DNA of 24,000 nucleotides, from positions 23,441-47,440 of the forward strand of contig NZ_KB906975.1 in assembly GCF_000381745.1 (NCBI RefSeq), written 5' to 3'. The DNA is from Psychromonas ossibalaenae ATCC BAA-1528 (GTDB taxonomy: Bacteria; Pseudomonadota; Gammaproteobacteria; Enterobacterales; Psychromonadaceae). Below the pieces are notes generated by a model. That model saw only the letters and a program-made list of their open reading frames with translations. It was not told where the DNA came from and did no database searches. Every line of letters starts with the position of its first letter. Position 1 is the stretch's first letter. Below, in pieces: positions 19,483 to 24,000 of this stretch. Position numbers and translations under genes: made by a program.

Positions 19483-19499
19483 TAATCTTGTCAAGATTA
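19483..19499. promoter_or_regulatory. 17-bp palindrome TAATCTTG-T-CAAGATTA in the ygjI-2 leader
   Basis: Perfect 8-bp arms around a single central T, 77 bp upstream of the preferred ygjI-2 ATG. Confidence 0.35.
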
Positions 19500-19548
19500 T
19501 CCCGCACTGTGTTGGGTACCGCGATAGTATTCTTAGCCTGCCATCTAA

Positions 19549-21000
<1,452 letters not shown>

Positions 21001-21020
21001 TTCGACTTAGGCTGCATAAC

Positions 21021-21048
21021 AAAAAACCGCATATTAATACGGTTTTTT
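21021..21048. terminator. Bidirectional rho-independent terminator between the convergent ygjI-2 and nspC
   Basis: AAAAAACCG-(10 nt)-CGGTTTTTT. The A-run on one side and T-run on the other give a U tract on either strand. The GC core is short. Confidence 0.6.
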
Positions 21049-21076
21049 GTATCTGCTTTATCTGTTAATAAGATAG

Positions 21077-22207
21077 TTAAACTTTTCCTAGACTGCCTTT
21101 AAAGTCCTGGTAGCCGAACTCATTTAATAACTCAATCTGACCATTACGACGCTGATAATAAATACTCGGCATTTTCAGGCCGTTAAACCAGTTAAGTTTA
21201 ACCATGGTATAACCGGCGGAATCCATTAAATGCAGTTTCTGACCGATCTCAAGCGGCTGTTCGAACTGCGTTTCGCAGAACTGATCACCCGCTAAACATG
21301 AGCATGAGCCGATCACATAGGGAAATTTGCCCTGCTGCGCAGCTTCACGTACCGAAGCCGGTTCATTATAGATTAAGGTATCTAAGCGGTGCGCTTCGGT
21401 TGCGCTGTCTACGATCGCCGTTTTCTTGTCGTTTTCAACAATATCAATGACGCTGACCACTAAGTCGGTAGTGCGGGTAATAATCGCTTCACCGGGCTCT
21501 AAATAGAGTTGTATATTATGCTTTTTACTAAAGGCTTTTAATGCCAGTCCGAGTTTTTCAATAGGGTAACCAGGATAGGTAAAGAAGATACCACCGCCTA
21601 AACTTAACCATTTAAGCTCATTCAGATAGTCAGAAAAGGTTGCAGATATGTGATCTAAAATCGCGATAAAGGTGCCTGCATCTTTGTTTTCACAATTCAT
21701 ATGAAACATAAAACCATCAACTTTATCAAGAACTGAAATATCAAGCAGATCCTGTTTTACACCTAAACGTGAATACGGCCTTGCCGGGTTAGCTAAATCC
21801 TGTCCGGCAACACTGCGCTCCGGGTTAATACGCAGACCTAATGAAGCACTGTCTGCACAGGTCTTATAGTGCGCTTCAAGCTGCGACAGGGAGTTGAAGA
21901 TGATTTTATCGGCCAGCGGTTTAACTGTTTCGATATCCGCTTTTGAATAACCCACGCTGTAAGCATGTGTTTCACCGCCGAAGGTTTCATGACCTAATTT
22001 TACTTCATAAGGGCCGGAGCTGGTGGTGCCGTCTAAATAAGGCTTGATGGTATCGAAGGTGCCCCAGGTTGAAAAACATTTTAACGCTAAGACCAGTTTA
22101 GCCCCGGAAATTTCTTTAAGCTGCTTGGCTTTTTCAAGGTTTTCAATGAGCTTTGCTTCATCGATCATAAAGTAGGGGGTATTCAGATTCGTTTCATTAA
22201 CAATCAT
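21077..22207 (-). CDS. nspC: Carboxynorspermidine/carboxyspermidine decarboxylase
   Basis: 376 aa. The N-terminus ([15 protein letters not shown]...LALKCFS) and overall pattern are those of the PLP-dependent NspC family. It lies downstream of a carboxynorspermidine dehydrogenase, as in Vibrio. Confidence 0.88.
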   Translation of the reverse strand: MIVNETNLNTPYFMIDEAKLIENLEKAKQLKEISGAKLVLALKCFSTWGTFDTIKPYLDGTTSSGPYEVKLGHETFGGETHAYSVGYSKADIETVKPLADKIIFNSLSQLEAHYKTCADSASLGLRINPERSVAGQDLANPARPYSRLGVKQDLLDISVLDKVDGFMFHMNCENKDAGTFIAILDHISATFSDYLNELKWLSLGGGIFFTYPGYPIEKLGLALKAFSKKHNIQLYLEPGEAIITRTTDLVVSVIDIVENDKKTAIVDSATEAHRLDTLIYNEPASVREAAQQGKFPYVIGSCSCLAGDQFCETQFEQPLEIGQKLHLMDSAGYTMVKLNWFNGLKMPSIYYQRRNGQIELLNEFGYQDFKGSLGKV

Positions 22208-22230
22208 AGGGCAGTCTTTTTGCAGGTTGG

Positions 22231-22267
22231 AAAATAAAAAGAAGGCGAAGCGTTAACGCTTCGCCTT
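22231..22267 (-). terminator. Strong hairpin plus T-rich tail between the dehydrogenase and nspC (internal terminator or attenuator)
   Basis: AAGGCGAAGCG-TTAA-CGCTTCGCCTT is a perfect 11-bp GC-rich stem (22242-22267). On the minus strand it is followed by CTTTTTATTTT. Confidence 0.65.
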
Positions 22268-22284
22268 AATGCTGTATTTGTTTA

Positions 22285-23502
22285 TTAAGCTTCTAACTCT
22301 TGAACCTGCCAGGTTAGACCGATACGCGGCATCAGATCTAAGAAGTGATCCGGATTAAGCTGTTCAACATTATAAAGACCTACATCACTCCATTTATTCT
22401 GGAAGTAAAGCAGGGCTGCTGTAATTGCCGGAACACCTGTGGTGTATGAGATAGCCTGGTGTTCAACTTCAATATACGACTCTTTATGGTCGCAAATATT
22501 GTAGATAAACACACTTTTCGCTTTACCCTCTTTTTTACCGCGAACCCAGGTACCGATACAGGTTTTACCCGTATAACCCGGTGCAAGAGAAGTCGGATCC
22601 GGCAGCATCGCTTTTAATACTTTAAGCGGTTCAACGGTAATGCCGTCAACGGTAGTAACCGGCTCAACATTTAATAAACCGATATCACGCATGACGTTAA
22701 AGTAGTTCAGGTAAGTATCAGAGAACCCCATCCAGAATTCGATACGTTTAGCTGGAATAAACTCAGCCATTGAACGTACTTCATCGTGTGCCATTGAGTA
22801 CACTTTCTGCTTGCCGACAACCGGGAAATCAAATTCCATCATACGGCTGTGACACGGCACGCTTTTCCATTCCTGGTTCTCGTAGTAGAACGAGTCGCCT
22901 TGAATTTCTAACATGTTGGTTTCAGGATCAAAGTTAGTAGCAAATTTTTGACCGTGGTCCCCGGCATTGACATCCATTACATCGATGCTGTCAATCTCAT
23001 CAAATAGATGTTTATGTGCGTAAGTTGCAAATACGCTCACTACACCCGGATCAAAACCGGCACCTAAAATACCTGTGATACCCGCTTCTTTAAAACGCTG
23101 TGCAAATGCCCATTGCGGATCGTAGGCTTCTGGAACCTGCTGCCCGGGGCTGCATAAATCAGTGGCAACAGACGTATCAAGATAAGCTGTTTTAGTCTGC
23201 ACACAGGCTTCCATAATTGCCACGTTTACCCAGGGAGGGCCGGCGTTAATTAACAGATCCGGTTTTACCTGGTTGATCAGTGCTACTAATGCTTCAACAT
23301 TATCTGCATCAATTTTTAATGCTTCCAGTTTCTTAGTGGTGTCTTTAAGGTTATTACGGCCTTTAATCGAAGTAATGATTTTTTCACACTTTGAAAGAGT
23401 ACGTGAAGCGATAGTGATATCACCAAATACATCATTGTTTTGCGCACATTTATGAGCAATAACCCAGCCGACGCCGCCGGCGCCAATTTGTAATACAGAC
23501 AT
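22285..23502 (-). CDS. Carboxynorspermidine synthase/dehydrogenase (saccharopine dehydrogenase-like)
   Basis: 405 aa. N-terminal Rossmann motif VLQIGAGGVGWV. The family pattern and the position between ddc and nspC match the Vibrio norspermidine operon. Confidence 0.88.
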   Translation of the reverse strand: MSVLQIGAGGVGWVIAHKCAQNNDVFGDITIASRTLSKCEKIITSIKGRNNLKDTTKKLEALKIDADNVEALVALINQVKPDLLINAGPPWVNVAIMEACVQTKTAYLDTSVATDLCSPGQQVPEAYDPQWAFAQRFKEAGITGILGAGFDPGVVSVFATYAHKHLFDEIDSIDVMDVNAGDHGQKFATNFDPETNMLEIQGDSFYYENQEWKSVPCHSRMMEFDFPVVGKQKVYSMAHDEVRSMAEFIPAKRIEFWMGFSDTYLNYFNVMRDIGLLNVEPVTTVDGITVEPLKVLKAMLPDPTSLAPGYTGKTCIGTWVRGKKEGKAKSVFIYNICDHKESYIEVEHQAISYTTGVPAITAALLYFQNKWSDVGLYNVEQLNPDHFLDLMPRIGLTWQVQELEA

Positions 23503-23503
23503 G

Positions 23504-24000
23504 TTATAAAGCCTTATTAGTTAGTAATTTTGCATGAGATTCGATTTTTGCAAATAACGAATCAAAATCGCTTAATGTTAAACACGGGTTTAACAGAGTA
23601 AATTTAAGATACAATTTGCCGTTAACTTTGGTTTCTGCGATAACCGCATCGCCGCTGGTTAACAGCTGCAGACGCAATGTCTGATGCAGTTGATTGAACT
23701 CACCGCTGCTAAGTGAACCTTGGTAGTGACTGCTTAAACGGAACAAAACCGTTGACAGCAGCGGCTCACAACACAGTTCAAAATGATCATTTTCTTTGAC
23801 TGAATCTGCAACCTGTGCGCTTAGTTCGATTAATTTATCGTACATTTCACCCAGTGTTTGTGCGCCGACGCTTTTTAGGGTCATAAACATTTTCAGAGCA
23901 TCAAAACGCTTGGTGGTTGCGATACTTTTATCAACCAGGTTAGGCAGCTCGTCACCTTCGCGGTTGAGATAATCGGCATGATAAAGCAGACTGCTAAAGT
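23504..24000 (-). CDS. ddc: L-2,4-diaminobutyrate decarboxylase-like PLP decarboxylase, 3' part only (gene continues beyond the window; it may be a dat-ddc fusion as in Vibrio)
   Basis: I translated upstream of the listed Met and the frame stays open to base 24000 (...FSSLLYHADYLNREGDELPNLVDKSIATTKRFDALKMFMTLKSVG...). This is a typical group II decarboxylase C-terminal region. The stop lies 1 nt before the next gene's ATG. Confidence 0.75.
   Translation of the reverse strand, partial: FSSLLYHADYLNREGDELPNLVDKSIATTKRFDALKMFMTLKSVGAQTLGEMYDKLIELSAQVADSVKENDHFELCCEPLLSTVLFRLSSHYQGSLSSGEFNQLHQTLRLQLLTSGDAVIAETKVNGKLYLKFTLLNPCLTLSDFDSLFAKIESHAKLLTNKAL

Overview
This window looks like chromosomal DNA from a low-GC marine gammaproteobacterium, judging by Vibrio/Alteromonas-like gene content. 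I saw no rRNA, tRNA, IS, CRISPR or phage genes. It has three blocks. (1) 1-2757 (+): the 3' part of a VIT/vWA protein ending in an LPQTG sorting signal, its dedicated class GN ('marine proteobacterial') sortase, and an orphan MSHA-like type IV pilin. (2) 2824-21000: a duplicated and rearranged version of the E. coli ebgR-ebgA-ebgC-ygjI-ygjJ-ygjK locus, including the neighbouring ygjH. It carries two GH63 YgjK-like glucosidases (both predicted lipoproteins), two APC-type YgjI permeases and two EbgR repressors, but only one EbgA/EbgC beta-galactosidase and one YgjJ-like porin. (3) 21077-24000 (-): norspermidine biosynthesis genes (3' end of a diaminobutyrate decarboxylase, carboxynorspermidine dehydrogenase, nspC). 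The part the genes do not explain is a 1.7-kb ORF-free, AT-rich island (5206-6937) sitting exactly where ygjJ would be in the first ebg/ygj unit. It holds a strand-biased cluster of homopolymeric G tracts (up to G8), a candidate 34-aa hydrophobic small ORF, helically phased direct repeats, and a plus-strand terminator module with no annotated gene in front of it. A TTTAGTWAA-type motif recurs in all five regulatory gaps of the ebg/ygj genes. A 40-bp perfect palindrome sits in the slot where ebgAC is missing from the second unit. I found no defensible new multi-gene system such as a defence island. The best leads are the island, the locus architecture, and a substrate hypothesis for the long-cryptic ebg/ygj pathway. 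All identity estimates are by-eye alignments and nothing was searched against a database.
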